Assembly (NCBI GenBank): GCA_965242485.1
Contig: CBDESM010000003.1
Span: forward strand, 639,337-703,336
Origin: Dehalococcoidia bacterium
GTDB taxonomy: Bacteria; Chloroflexota; Dehalococcoidia; Bin125
Length of the DNA stretch: 64,000 nucleotides
Direction of reading: 5' to 3'
This document shows positions 28,901 through 37,435 of the stretch, piece by piece. Positions within the stretch are counted from its first letter, which is position 1. Each line of letters begins with the position of its first letter. The notes beneath the pieces were generated by a model that worked only from the letters and a program-made list of their open reading frames with translations, was not told where the DNA came from and did no database searches. Both the position numbers and the translations under genes were made by a program.

Positions 28901-29912
28901 GATCGGGATGGAAGACGATGCCCGCGTTGTTCAGGCGATCGGAGCTCTTGATCTCGACTTCGACGGTGTCGAAATCGCTGTAGGGAACCTTGACCGGGTT
29001 GCCGTCGGCGTCGTTGCCATTGCTCAGGATCGAGCCCATGAGCAGGGCGCGCCCGAGTTCGGGGTTGTCGGTGCAATCGTCAACGGAGGTGTCCTCGCTG
29101 GTGCAGGGCGCGAGGCCGTCGTCAGTGTCCTTCATCCGGTAGACGCTGACCTCGCGGTAGTCGGGGCTGACGAAGCGGAGCGCGTGCTCCGTCCGCGTGC
29201 CTTCGCCGTTGGCCTTGGCGATGGCCGAGACGTAGAAGTTGTCGAGGTCGGGCGGGAGCACGAGCTTGAAGACGCCGCCATGGCCCGCCGTGTCGGCGTT
29301 CCCGGCACTGGCATGGTCGGGGTCACCGAGGAACCGTGCTTTGCCACCAGGACCGACTCCGTTGCCGGCGCCGCAAGGGAGGCCGAAGTTGCCCATGCCG
29401 CCTCCCCAGCGGTCGGGGCAGAGGAAGTCCACGAAATCGCCATCGTCGTCCTCCGCCTGGAGGCCGTATTCGTGCATAGCGCCGCCATAGCCGTCGCCGC
29501 CGGGGGGGATGCGGTGGTCGCCGCCACTGATGATGTCGGGGGTGCTCGCGTCGGGGTCGTCGTAGCGGAAGCCCACGACGATGAAGTCGATGCTGCCGGA
29601 GGATTGGTGGTAGGGCACGTTCAGGACCGAGGCGGCGGGGACGGCGCCCGCGGTCACTGCCGCGCTGGTGACCCAGACCTTGATGTAGATGTCATCGTCT
29701 TCGTCGTAGGCGAACCTGCCGTTGACGGCCTGGATGGGCGCGCCCGCGCCGGAGTTCGCGCCGGGGTCCCAGCGGACGATGTGCGGATACAGCGAGGGCG
29801 TCTGTGCGTCCGCGCGGGGGATGACGGCGAGGGCCGCGGCGGCGAGCAGCGCGGCCAACGCGGCGAGCAGGAACAAGCGGCGGTTCAGGAAGAGGGCAGA
29901 GACGGGCAGCAC
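25992..29912 (-). CDS. large secreted/surface (S-layer-like) protein, ~1306 aa
   Basis: GAGGAG RBS before GTG 29912; signal peptide RRLFLLAALAALLAAAALAVIPRADA-Q; Gly/Asp/Thr-rich; Ig-like C-terminal region; C-terminal W..NG..W..Y…G..LPGS..F.I..GD.LW motif. Confidence 0.75.
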   Translation of the reverse strand: MLPVSALFLNRRLFLLAALAALLAAAALAVIPRADAQTPSLYPHIVRWDPGANSGAGAPIQAVNGRFAYDEDDDIYIKVWVTSAAVTAGAVPAASVLNVPYHQSSGSIDFIVVGFRYDDPDASTPDIISGGDHRIPPGGDGYGGAMHEYGLQAEDDDGDFVDFLCPDRWGGGMGNFGLPCGAGNGVGPGGKARFLGDPDHASAGNADTAGHGGVFKLVLPPDLDNFYVSAIAKANGEGTRTEHALRFVSPDYREVSVYRMKDTDDGLAPCTSEDTSVDDCTDNPELGRALLMGSILSNGNDADGNPVKVPYSDFDTVEVEIKSSDRLNNAGIVFHPDLCPVSSPPVGAGVESPFVDAWRSGNDQLGICTYNKKSFGDTSGNYDGTVGPFVNYLAGEIRTPPSSAWATDGIVYVRYMKGETEVASGQYQFASPNPANAFSKRRDNDADTPDVNEAGPQGRIGAYGSSGDLALRIGLMRETSLPASAIDGEYMTTVRLSDFQTGGSASNADRITLNVKGKGTVRLLYTDWECSDDGTTDEGTDCHLNDPDGADPEDRLGTLMQAMLRGRTLETGYGWDLMHMTPMILRVVHDTENPEDITLSGRIKDGTFVNNPIPEYVAKAPSGNGEGSARVIAWLPDDADGRLGASQVAQVAVGYHAQDEATQRFHGSVSGFWYATAYEGLDATLGSGGIDLREQGFGDGYLVLNGPAVWDENGGKRLSLSEEGYNHINCVDRRGATGSADDAGLVSCYMTNEDGGAPKVRVDADAGDDDIVVTGNVPVWRLTADDPTASVPEGSVPAFYELPTGTMQYQGVMAFGQARLRVGAVKQIETVTLSRAPVGGVVPTGTIRVGDPEAKAVVLSIRNAENAPSQITALSAITISVIGGGQIDGGDEEGRGDYCPGSFAPTCTVSFTSMTDGGTAADSLRVAAGATPGVIGAIPLRFKAPTTAGNTRIVATVIGNDGSTYSAEPLELVISGTASSIAVSGDEPRLLSFDTPDSGDAKDDRDTATIKIGASDAAGNAAAMPRNAKAELKSAAGAAVPSSAYVATIDCANPERTNCSLVININQSAAAPLASGDYIAKVSGSGIADLDVPVTLAGKAKTINVELGELPGVGGNWPVTIAVLDSNGIPVADGTEVRLDARGVVATTSDVVLISKPNEDSDGVASAKTKNGMVSANLTVIARGRGVLSVSAVSGSGDSLTTDATSGGVVLDTRTAALPDEAYGGPIEFQSADGMPALGVISSWRGETAGSASQALALVEGADVLWLHNGRRWIQYATGPEGAELPGSAANFTIIEGDYLWFAASQ

Positions 29913-30118
29913 GGCGACTCCTCTACTCGCGCCGCCGCAAGCGCAGCCAGCGCATAGACACGCCCCCCACCATACAACACCCCCACCCCAAGCGCCCCCC
30001 GCCCCGCCAGATTTACACCCCCCTAACACACCGCCCTCCCTACCCCCCCGCCAAGATAGCCACCGCCGCAATCACCGCCGCCGCCCCGCCAAATGCGGGC
30101 TCCCGATCGCGGGGAGCG

Positions 30119-30451
30119 CTATTCGGCCTCGGCCTCGTCGCCCGGCGGCAGGGCCGCGCGGGCATCGACGGAGAGGATTTCGATGACGAGCTGGTTGAGG
30201 AAGCGGTAGACGATCACGAGCCGATCCCAGACCATGACGTGCTCGTAGCGGTGATAGGGCGGCATGTTGGAGGCATCGAAAACGGTGGGGTTGTCCGTCG
30301 TCGGGTCCTGCAGGAGCGCGTTGAGCGCTTCAACCCAGCTGAGGCGGTCCTGCGTGGCGAGGCGGTTGATGTCGGAGCCGGGAAGATCGGGATGCACGGC
30401 CTCCGAGTACTTGACGTCGTATCCGCTCGGGCCGGGCGGTTCGGCGGCCAC
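30119..30451 (-). CDS. putative RelE/ParE-like toxin of Panacea pair
   Basis: GTG overlaps the Panacea TAG; 110 aa with YDVKYS…L.QDP…LVIVYRF…VIEILSV layout. Confidence 0.55.
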   Translation of the reverse strand: MAAEPPGPSGYDVKYSEAVHPDLPGSDINRLATQDRLSWVEALNALLQDPTTDNPTVFDASNMPPYHRYEHVMVWDRLVIVYRFLNQLVIEILSVDARAALPPGDEAEAE

Positions 30452-31005
30452 TAGAAAGTGACGGGGCTGGTGGGCTGTCCGCGGCGGCGGGCGACGCGCT
30501 GCTGCAGTTCCACGTCGTTTTCGAGCATCGCGCGGACGGCATCCTTGTCGACGGGGGGCGGGATGGCGCGTTGGCCGAGCAGCTCTCCGTTGAAGAATTC
30601 GTAGATGGCGCGACGGGAGATTTCGCCGCCGCGCTCGTCGCGCCGCCAGACATCGTGCCAAGGCCGCTCCATGTGGGTCTGGTTGCGGAGGTTCCAAGAG
30701 GTCATCCAGCCCAAGCGGGCGTAGATCATCTCGAGGACTTCGATGCGCCACTGCTCGAGTTCGGGCTTTTCGCCCGTCGCGGGGATGGAGATGCGGCCGT
30801 GTTCCTTGTACTGGTGGTAGACGGCGGGGACGACGGGGCCGTGTTCCCAGGCTTCGATGCGGTCGTCGAAGATCGGCTTCTGCCAGAGCGCGAGCGAGTA
30901 GCCCTGCGCGTAGTAGCAGAGCTTCTGGAGCTTGAGGTGGTCGATCCGGTCGCCGGCATCGGCGGCCATGTGGACGATGCGTGCTGCGATGGCGGTCGCG
31001 TCCAT
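30451..31005 (-). CDS. Panacea domain (DUF4065, GepA/SocA-like) antitoxin
   Basis: LKLQKLCYYAQG, IEAWEHGPVVPAVY, LRNQTH.E.PW. Confidence 0.92.
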   Translation of the reverse strand: MDATAIAARIVHMAADAGDRIDHLKLQKLCYYAQGYSLALWQKPIFDDRIEAWEHGPVVPAVYHQYKEHGRISIPATGEKPELEQWRIEVLEMIYARLGWMTSWNLRNQTHMERPWHDVWRRDERGGEISRRAIYEFFNGELLGQRAIPPPVDKDAVRAMLENDVELQQRVARRRGQPTSPVTF

Positions 31006-31103
31006 GGCGGTCTCCCTACGGAATGCAGGAATCCAGTGTAGCGGGAGCGCGCCCGCCCGCCGGCCGACTCCGCAAGCGCTAAGATCAGCAGCAGGAGGCC
31101 GCC

Positions 31104-31331
31104 ATGCTGAACTGGCTCAAGAGCATAAAGAAGCTCTGGGAACTGGACCCGCCCCCCGAACGCTGGGACCTCTCCTCCCTCAGCGAAGAAGAAATCGCCC
31201 GCTACAAGGCCCTCCTAGCCGACCGCAAGTCCTACGCCCACATGACCTGGGACGAGTTCCGCGAGTACATCCGAGAGCAGGGCCTGCCGCCGCCGCCGCC
31301 GTTCGGAAAGCGCAGCCTGCTGACCTACTAG
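31104..31331 (+). CDS. small protein S6 (long subtype, orphan)
   Basis: 75 aa; GGAGG RBS; KSYAHMTWDEFREYIREQGLPPPP homologous to S1-S5. Confidence 0.8.
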   Translation: MLNWLKSIKKLWELDPPPERWDLSSLSEEEIARYKALLADRKSYAHMTWDEFREYIREQGLPPPPPFGKRSLLTY

Positions 31332-31400
31332 GACAAGATCGCCGCGATGATCGTGGCAAGGGCAGGCTCAGGGCGCTAAGATCGGCTGCAGGAGGCCGCG

Positions 31401-31631
31401 ATGCTGCTGAACTGGCTCAAGAGCGTGAAGAAGCTCTGGGAACTGGATCCCCCGCCGGAGCGCTGGGACCTCTCCTCCCTCAGCGACGAAGAGATCGCCC
31501 GCTACAAGGCGCTGCTGGCCGACTGGAAGGCCTACGAGCACATGGACTGGGACGAGTTCCGCGAGTACATCCGAGAACAGGGACTGCCGCCCCCGCCGCC
31601 GTTCGGAAAGCGCCCCCTGCTGACCTATTAG
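31401..31631 (+). CDS. small protein S7 (long subtype)
   Basis: tandem duplicate of S6; stop overlaps the M4 stop. Confidence 0.8.
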   Translation: MLLNWLKSVKKLWELDPPPERWDLSSLSDEEIARYKALLADWKAYEHMDWDEFREYIREQGLPPPPPFGKRPLLTY

Positions 31632-32113
31632 GACAAGATCGCCGCGATGATCGTGGCCGGGGCGATGACGGCGTTGGCGGCGGTGGCCGCGACGGAGACC
31701 CGGAGCCAGCGCTCCGCGCGGGCGATCCGGGGTTCGTTGGCGGCGTAGAGATTGAGCATCACGTCGGTTGCGAGGGCGATGGCGGCCGCTTCGCCGAACC
31801 GCCGCTCCACCGCGCGGATGGCATGCGGCCTCGCGTCGGGCGTCGAGAGGCTCCCGCTGAGCGCGGCGAACGAGCTGGTGATTCCAATGGCGAAGATGAC
31901 GAGGATGATGATGCTGAGCGCTTGGATCGCGGCGCCCGGCTCGCGCACCCAAGCCGCGAGGGCGAGGGCGAAGAGGCCGATGACGATGGAGTTGGCGCTG
32001 ATCGAGACGCCGATCCGGGCGCGAATCTCGCGGACGCGCTCATTCTGATGTTCAGTGAGCCAGAGGGTCGACTCATAGGAGAAGCGTCCGCCGTCTTGGT
32101 CGTCGTCAGGCAT
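31628..32113 (-). CDS. 3-TM membrane protein M4 (divergent)
   Basis: 161 aa; NSIVIGLFA, NEP…RW motifs shared with M5 and M1-3. Confidence 0.78.
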   Translation of the reverse strand: MPDDDQDGGRFSYESTLWLTEHQNERVREIRARIGVSISANSIVIGLFALALAAWVREPGAAIQALSIIILVIFAIGITSSFAALSGSLSTPDARPHAIRAVERRFGEAAAIALATDVMLNLYAANEPRIARAERWLRVSVAATAANAVIAPATIIAAILS

Positions 32114-32185
32114 CGCGGGCAGTGTAGAGGGCGGGCGGCTGGGAGGATTCAGATCGCCTAGAATGGGCGACGAGGGGGGTGCAAG

Positions 32186-32353
32186 ATGGCCCGGAAGGAA
32201 CGGCGGATCACGCCAGAGGAGTTCGACCGCCTGAAGGCGAAGTGGAGCAAGCCGAGGAAGAATTTCGCGGAGATGACGGACGAAGAGCTGGAGGAGTGCT
32301 ACCGCGAGCTGGGCCTGCCGCCGCCCGGCAAGCTGTTCGAAGTGCGCTGGTAG
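32186..32353 (+). CDS. small protein S8 (not in ORF track)
   Basis: read manually: MARKERRITPEEFDRLKAKWSKPRKNFAEMTDEELEECYRELGLPPPGKLFEVRW; upstream TAGAAT. Confidence 0.78.
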   Translation: MARKERRITPEEFDRLKAKWSKPRKNFAEMTDEELEECYRELGLPPPGKLFEVRW

Positions 32354-32366
32354 AAGGCGCGGGGGA

Positions 32367-32870
32367 TCAAGCGAATAGGACGACGAGGACCGTCGCCACG
32401 GCGAAGGCGGCGTCGGCGGCTGCGAAGAGCTGCGCGGCGCGGGACCAGCGCTCCATGGCCACGATCACCGGCTCGTTGATAGAGAAGGCGCGGCCCATTT
32501 CCCCGGCCGCCCATCTGCGCGCAAGCGCTTCGCCGGCGTCCCGTTCGATTTCGATCACCTCTTTCACCGTCGGACCGCGCTGCGAACGGGTCATTTGCAG
32601 GGCGGCCGTGGTGCAGCCGACGCTGGCCAGGAAGATGATCAGTGCGGTGGCGGCGAGGGCGAGTTCCGGCGGCGACGGGTCGCGTGCGAGGAGCGCGAAG
32701 GCGATGGCGAAGAGGCCGATGATGACGGAGTTGAGGGCGGCGGTGACGGCAAGGCGGGCATGGATGGCGCGGAAGCGGTCGGATTGGTCGTCAAGCTGCC
32801 ATTTGGCAAGATCGTAGGCGAGGCCGCCCCCGGGTTCTTCTTCGTCGTCCAACGGCTCAGGTTCCGGCAT
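32367..32870 (-). CDS. 3-TM membrane protein M5
   Basis: 167 aa; DDQS.RF..ARL.VTAAL, SVGCTT, RW.RAAQ motifs. Confidence 0.8.
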   Translation of the reverse strand: MPEPEPLDDEEEPGGGLAYDLAKWQLDDQSDRFRAIHARLAVTAALNSVIIGLFAIAFALLARDPSPPELALAATALIIFLASVGCTTAALQMTRSQRGPTVKEVIEIERDAGEALARRWAAGEMGRAFSINEPVIVAMERWSRAAQLFAAADAAFAVATVLVVLFA

Positions 32871-32907
32871 TCGCGTAGTCTAAGAGCAGTTGCGGCGCCG
32901 CCGGAGG

Positions 32908-33552
32908 TCAGCCGCCCGCGATGCGCCAGATGCGGGCGAAGTCGAGGATTAGGCCGGGCATCTCGGGATCGCAGGCGACTTCGTCGGGCCGGTGAAGGAC
33001 CTGCTGTTCCTCGCCGTCGCGGTAGATGTGGAAATTGTGGTTGACCGGATCGACGAGCAGCCCGAGCAGGACGCCATGAGTGGTCCAGCCGACCATCTTC
33101 TCCTGCTGCCCGCTGAGCGAATCGTTGCGCGAGCGGACCTCAATCACGAACTCCGGCGCGATCGGCCAGTAGGTCGGCCGGGGGCCCCGCATGGGCGGGA
33201 GCGTCGCGCGGCGCTGCGGGCTGATCCAGCTGACGTCCGGGATGCGCGCCTCCCAACCCGGCGGCCAGTAGCCGCCGTCCTTGCCGCGCGTGCCGATGTC
33301 GTACAGGGACACGGCCCAGTTGCCGGCTTGTCGGCTCAATTCAGAGGTGATGTAGGGGATTTCGTCCTCCGATGCGCCGCTGATGATGAGCTCCCCTCGA
33401 CAGGTCTCGACCCAGATGCCCTCGCAGCCCTCGCCGAGCCCGGCAAGGTAATCGTCCGTAATCGCGCAGTCCGGCCGCACCCGCACGGGGCGGTGCAGGG
33501 CGAGGACCGCATCAATAGCGTCCGAAACGGGGTCAGCAACGGCGGTGGTCAT
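32908..33552 (-). CDS. Uma2/DUF820 family putative restriction endonuclease
   Basis: PDVSW, APEFVIEVRS.ND, KM..W..GV.LG.LVDP. Confidence 0.88.
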   Translation of the reverse strand: MTTAVADPVSDAIDAVLALHRPVRVRPDCAITDDYLAGLGEGCEGIWVETCRGELIISGASEDEIPYITSELSRQAGNWAVSLYDIGTRGKDGGYWPPGWEARIPDVSWISPQRRATLPPMRGPRPTYWPIAPEFVIEVRSRNDSLSGQQEKMVGWTTHGVLLGLLVDPVNHNFHIYRDGEEQQVLHRPDEVACDPEMPGLILDFARIWRIAGG

Positions 33553-33663
33553 GGCGGTATCCCTGCGGATGCGAGGATCAGTCTAGCGAACCAGCGCAGG
33601 GTGATCCGCAGCCGTTAAGTATTGAGGCAAGTATTGAAGCGGAAGGCGGCGCGTTCAGTACGG

Positions 33664-34797
33664 CTAGCGTCGCTGGCTGGATATCCAGCGGCGGGTTGCG
33701 CGTTCGGCGGCGGCGGGGATGAGTTCGGGGGAGCGGGACATCGCTTCGGTTGCGGACATGCCGGGCGGGGCAGCGGACTCGGCTGCTTCAAGGCCCGGAA
33801 GGGATGAGGTGTCGCCCGCGATGGAGCCGGCGACGACGAGGCAGGGGGCGGCGGCGCGTTGGCAGAGCCGGGCGACGCCGGCCGTTGTTTTGCCGAAGGC
33901 GCTTTGGAAGTCTAGGCGGCCTTCACCGGTGATGACGAGGCCGGCGCGGGCGATGCGGTCCTCCAGTCCGACGGCAACGGCTACGGCATTGAAGCCGGAG
34001 ACCAGCTCGGCGCCGCAGAAGGCGTGCAGCGCGGCCGCCAAGCCGCCGGCCGCGCCGCCGCCGGGTAGCTCCGCGATGCGGAGGCCGAGGTCGCGCTCGA
34101 CGATGCCGGCGTAGTTGGCGAGGGCATCGTCGAGCTCGGCGACGCATCGCGGATCCGCGCCCTTCTGGGGGCCGTAGACCGCGCTCGCCCCCTCGGGGCC
34201 GAGCAGAGGGTTCTGGACGTCGCAGAGGACACTGATCGCGGCACCGGTGAGGCGGGGGTCTAGGCCCGATGCGTCGATTCGGGACAGGCGGGCCAGGGCT
34301 GCGCCGCCGGGCGGGAGCGGCGCGCCGCGATCATCGGTGAAGCGAGCGCCGAGCGCGGCGGCCATGCCCGCGCCGCCATCGTTGGTGGCGCTGCCGCCGA
34401 CGCCGATCAGGATGCGGGCCGCGCCGGCTTCGAGGGCGTGCCAGAGCAATTGGCCGACGCCGAAGGTGGAGGCGCGGCGCGGGTCGAGCTGGTCTTCGCG
34501 CAGCAGCGCCAGCCCGGCGGCGGCGGCCATCTCGATCACGGCGGTGCGGCCGTCGCCGATGCGGCCCCAGCGCGCATCGACGGGCGCGCCCAGCGGCCCC
34601 TCGACCCGCGCCGTCGAGAGCCTCCCGCCGGCGGCCTTCACGATCGCGTCGACCGTGCCCGGACCGCCGTCGGCCAGCGGCGCGAGGTCGATCTCCGCGT
34701 CCGGCAGCGCGCGACGGACGCCCTCGGCGATCAGCTCGGCCGCCTCGACCGCGGCCAGGCTGCCCTTGAACTCCTGCGGCGCGATCAGGACGCGCAC
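33664..34797 (-). CDS. glxK: glycerate kinase
   Basis: APQEFKGSL, ADGGPGT, GGSATNDGG, TGEGRLD.QS..GK. Confidence 0.92.
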   Translation of the reverse strand: MRVLIAPQEFKGSLAAVEAAELIAEGVRRALPDAEIDLAPLADGGPGTVDAIVKAAGGRLSTARVEGPLGAPVDARWGRIGDGRTAVIEMAAAAGLALLREDQLDPRRASTFGVGQLLWHALEAGAARILIGVGGSATNDGGAGMAAALGARFTDDRGAPLPPGGAALARLSRIDASGLDPRLTGAAISVLCDVQNPLLGPEGASAVYGPQKGADPRCVAELDDALANYAGIVERDLGLRIAELPGGGAAGGLAAALHAFCGAELVSGFNAVAVAVGLEDRIARAGLVITGEGRLDFQSAFGKTTAGVARLCQRAAAPCLVVAGSIAGDTSSLPGLEAAESAAPPGMSATEAMSRSPELIPAAAERATRRWISSQRR

Positions 34798-34819
34798 GGC
34801 GCATCAACCACTGGCCGGA

Positions 34820-34999
34820 TCAGCCGCTGGCCAAGCGGACGACGGCGAGGGCGATGATGAAGCCGGCCCAGAGCAGGCCGGCCAGCTGGAGTTTGCCGAT
34901 CGTCGAGCGCACGCCGCCGAGCTGGATGCGCCCGGTCAGCCACAGCCAAGTGCCGACCGCGAGCAGCAGCGCGAGCGCGATCCAGACGACGAGCGGCAT
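34820..34999 (-). CDS. small two-TM membrane protein (59 aa, not in ORF track)
   Basis: MPLVVWIALALLLAVGTWLWLTG…LLWAGFIIALAVVRLASG with GGGGAG RBS. Confidence 0.6.
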   Translation of the reverse strand: MPLVVWIALALLLAVGTWLWLTGRIQLGGVRSTIGKLQLAGLLWAGFIIALAVVRLASG

Positions 35000-35062
35000 C
35001 GCGCGGCTCCCCTTCAGCCGCCCGACGCAGGGCTTGGCTCGGGGCTCGGCGCCGTGCTCGGT

Positions 35063-35293
35063 TCAGGGCCTGCGGCGCGCCCGCCACGCGCGGCGGCGCT
35101 TACGGACCGCGGGGCGCGTGCCGTAGCCGCAGATGACGCAGGCGCAGAGCCGGCCCACGCAAGACATCGGCCCGTCGCAGACCGGGCAGCGGCGATCAGC
35201 CAAGCCGGCCGGCGCGCGCTCATCGGCGGCGGGCCGGGGAGCGGCGATCTGCAGCGGCAGCTGCACGGGTCGTCGGAGCATCGGAGTCGGCAT
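35063..35293 (-). CDS. small zinc-ribbon protein, probably LexA-regulated
   Basis: CPVC…C…C.C..CGY followed by a basic tail; GAGGTG RBS; SOS-box promoter upstream. Confidence 0.55.
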   Translation of the reverse strand: MPTPMLRRPVQLPLQIAAPRPAADERAPAGLADRRCPVCDGPMSCVGRLCACVICGYGTRPAVRKRRRAWRARRRP

Positions 35294-35337
35294 CTCGCAC
35301 CTCGCAGTCCGCCGCGGGCGGCGCATCGTTCGAGGCG

Positions 35338-35366
35338 ATATTAGAACTCGTGTTCCGATAGGTCAA
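35338..35366 (-). promoter_or_regulatory. sigma70 promoter with LexA (SOS) box in the spacer
   Basis: minus strand TTGACC-17 nt-TAATAT; GAAC-TCGT-GTTC at 35344-35355. Confidence 0.7.
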
Positions 35367-35377
35367 GCGTGCTATCC

Positions 35378-35500
35378 CTACTCCGGCCGGTCGATCCAGT
35401 CGACCATTTCGTTCATCCGCTCACGCAGCGCGGAGTAGCGCTCGCTGTCGAACGCGACGAGCACGAGGATGAACAGGATCGCGAGCCCGATTTCCGCCAT
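35378..35500 (-). CDS. 40-aa single-TM protein (not in ORF track)
   Basis: MAEIGLAILFILVLVAFDSERYSALRERMNEMVDWIDRPE with AGGAGG RBS. Confidence 0.55.
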   Translation of the reverse strand: MAEIGLAILFILVLVAFDSERYSALRERMNEMVDWIDRPE

Positions 35501-35538
35501 CGCGGGCCTCCTTCCGGGTACGGGACTATGGTAGCCCC

Positions 35539-36815
35539 GTGAGCGCGAGCAGGACGGGCCCGGTCGTGGCGGCGCTGACGCTGGGCTGCAAGCTGAACCA
35601 AGCCGAAACGCAGCAGGCGGCGCGCCGGCTGGAGGCGGCCGGCTGCACCGTCGTCGACCGCCCCGCGCGCGCAGACGCCTTCCTGATCAACAGCTGCACC
35701 GTGACCCGGACCGCCGACCGCAAGGCCCGCCGCCTGATCCGCCTCGCCGGCCGGCTCTCGCCCGGCGCGCCCGTGGTCGTCACCGGCTGCTACGCCGAAC
35801 GCGACGGCGCGCGGCTGCAGGACGAGCTCGGCGCGATCGTCGTCGGCAACCGCGGCAAGAGCGAGGCCGCAGCCGCCGTGCTGCGCGCGCTGCGCGGCGC
35901 CGAGCCCCGCCCGGACGCGGCCGCGGTTCCCGGCGGCCGCACCCGCGCCTTCCTCAAGATCCAGGAAGGCTGCGACGACGTCTGCGCCTTCTGCATCGTG
36001 CCCTACGTGCGCGGCCGCGAGCGCGCCGTCCCGATCCCCGAAGTGGTCGCCGCCGCCCGCGAGCGCGAGGCCGAAGGCGTCCGCGAGATCGTGCTCACCG
36101 GCACCCAGCCCGGCGCCTACGGCCGCGACCGCGGCGACGGCTCCGATGCCGCCGCCCTGATCCAGGCGCTGCTGGCCGGAACGGGCATCCCGCGCATCCG
36201 CTATTCCTCGATCCAGCCGCAGGACGCCTCGCCCGAGCTGCTCGCCTGCTGGGAGGATCCGCGCCTCTGCCGCCACTTCCATTTGGCGCTGCAGAGCGGC
36301 TCCGACGACGTGCTGCGCCGCATGCGCCGGCGCTATGACTCGCAAGGCTTCCTCGACGCGGTCGCCCGCATCCGCGCCGCCGCGCCCGGCGCCGCGATCA
36401 CGACCGACGCGATCGCCGGCTTCCCCGGCGAAACGGCCGAGGACTTCGAGCGCACGCTCCGGATCGTGCGTGAAGCCGAATTCGCCGATATCCACGCCTT
36501 CCCCTACTCGACGAGGCCGGGCACTTCCGGCGCGCGGCTGGACGACGACGTGCCGCCGCCGATCAAGCGGGAGCGGGTCGCGCGGTTGATCGCCGAGGGC
36601 GCGGAACAAACGCGGCGGTTCCGCGAACAACGCATCGGACAAGTCGAGACGGTGCTCTTCGAGCGCCTCGCAGGAGGCGCCGCCCGCGGCCTGACCGACA
36701 CCTACATCCCCGTCCGCGCCCGGCGGCGGCCCGGCGACGCGGATCTGGTCAACGAGATCGCCCCCGTCCGCATCACCGGCATCGACGAGGGCGTCCTGAT
36801 CGGCGAGGCCGCGAG

Positions 36816-36819
<4 letters not shown>
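35539..36819 (+). CDS. mtaB: tRNA methylthiotransferase, MtaB-like radical SAM
   Basis: TLGCKLN, NSCTVT, CDDVCAFC, GFPGET. Confidence 0.8.
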
Positions 36820-37430
<611 letters not shown>

Positions 37431-37435
37431 GCCGC

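Noticed and set aside
26088-29957. 1289-aa plus-strand ORF
   Set aside because: Arg/Ala-rich antisense shadow of the surface-protein gene, typical of high-GC DNA.
29913-30071. N-terminal extension of the 1359-aa ORF
   Set aside because: Translates G-run low-complexity DNA; RBS and signal peptide point to GTG 29912.
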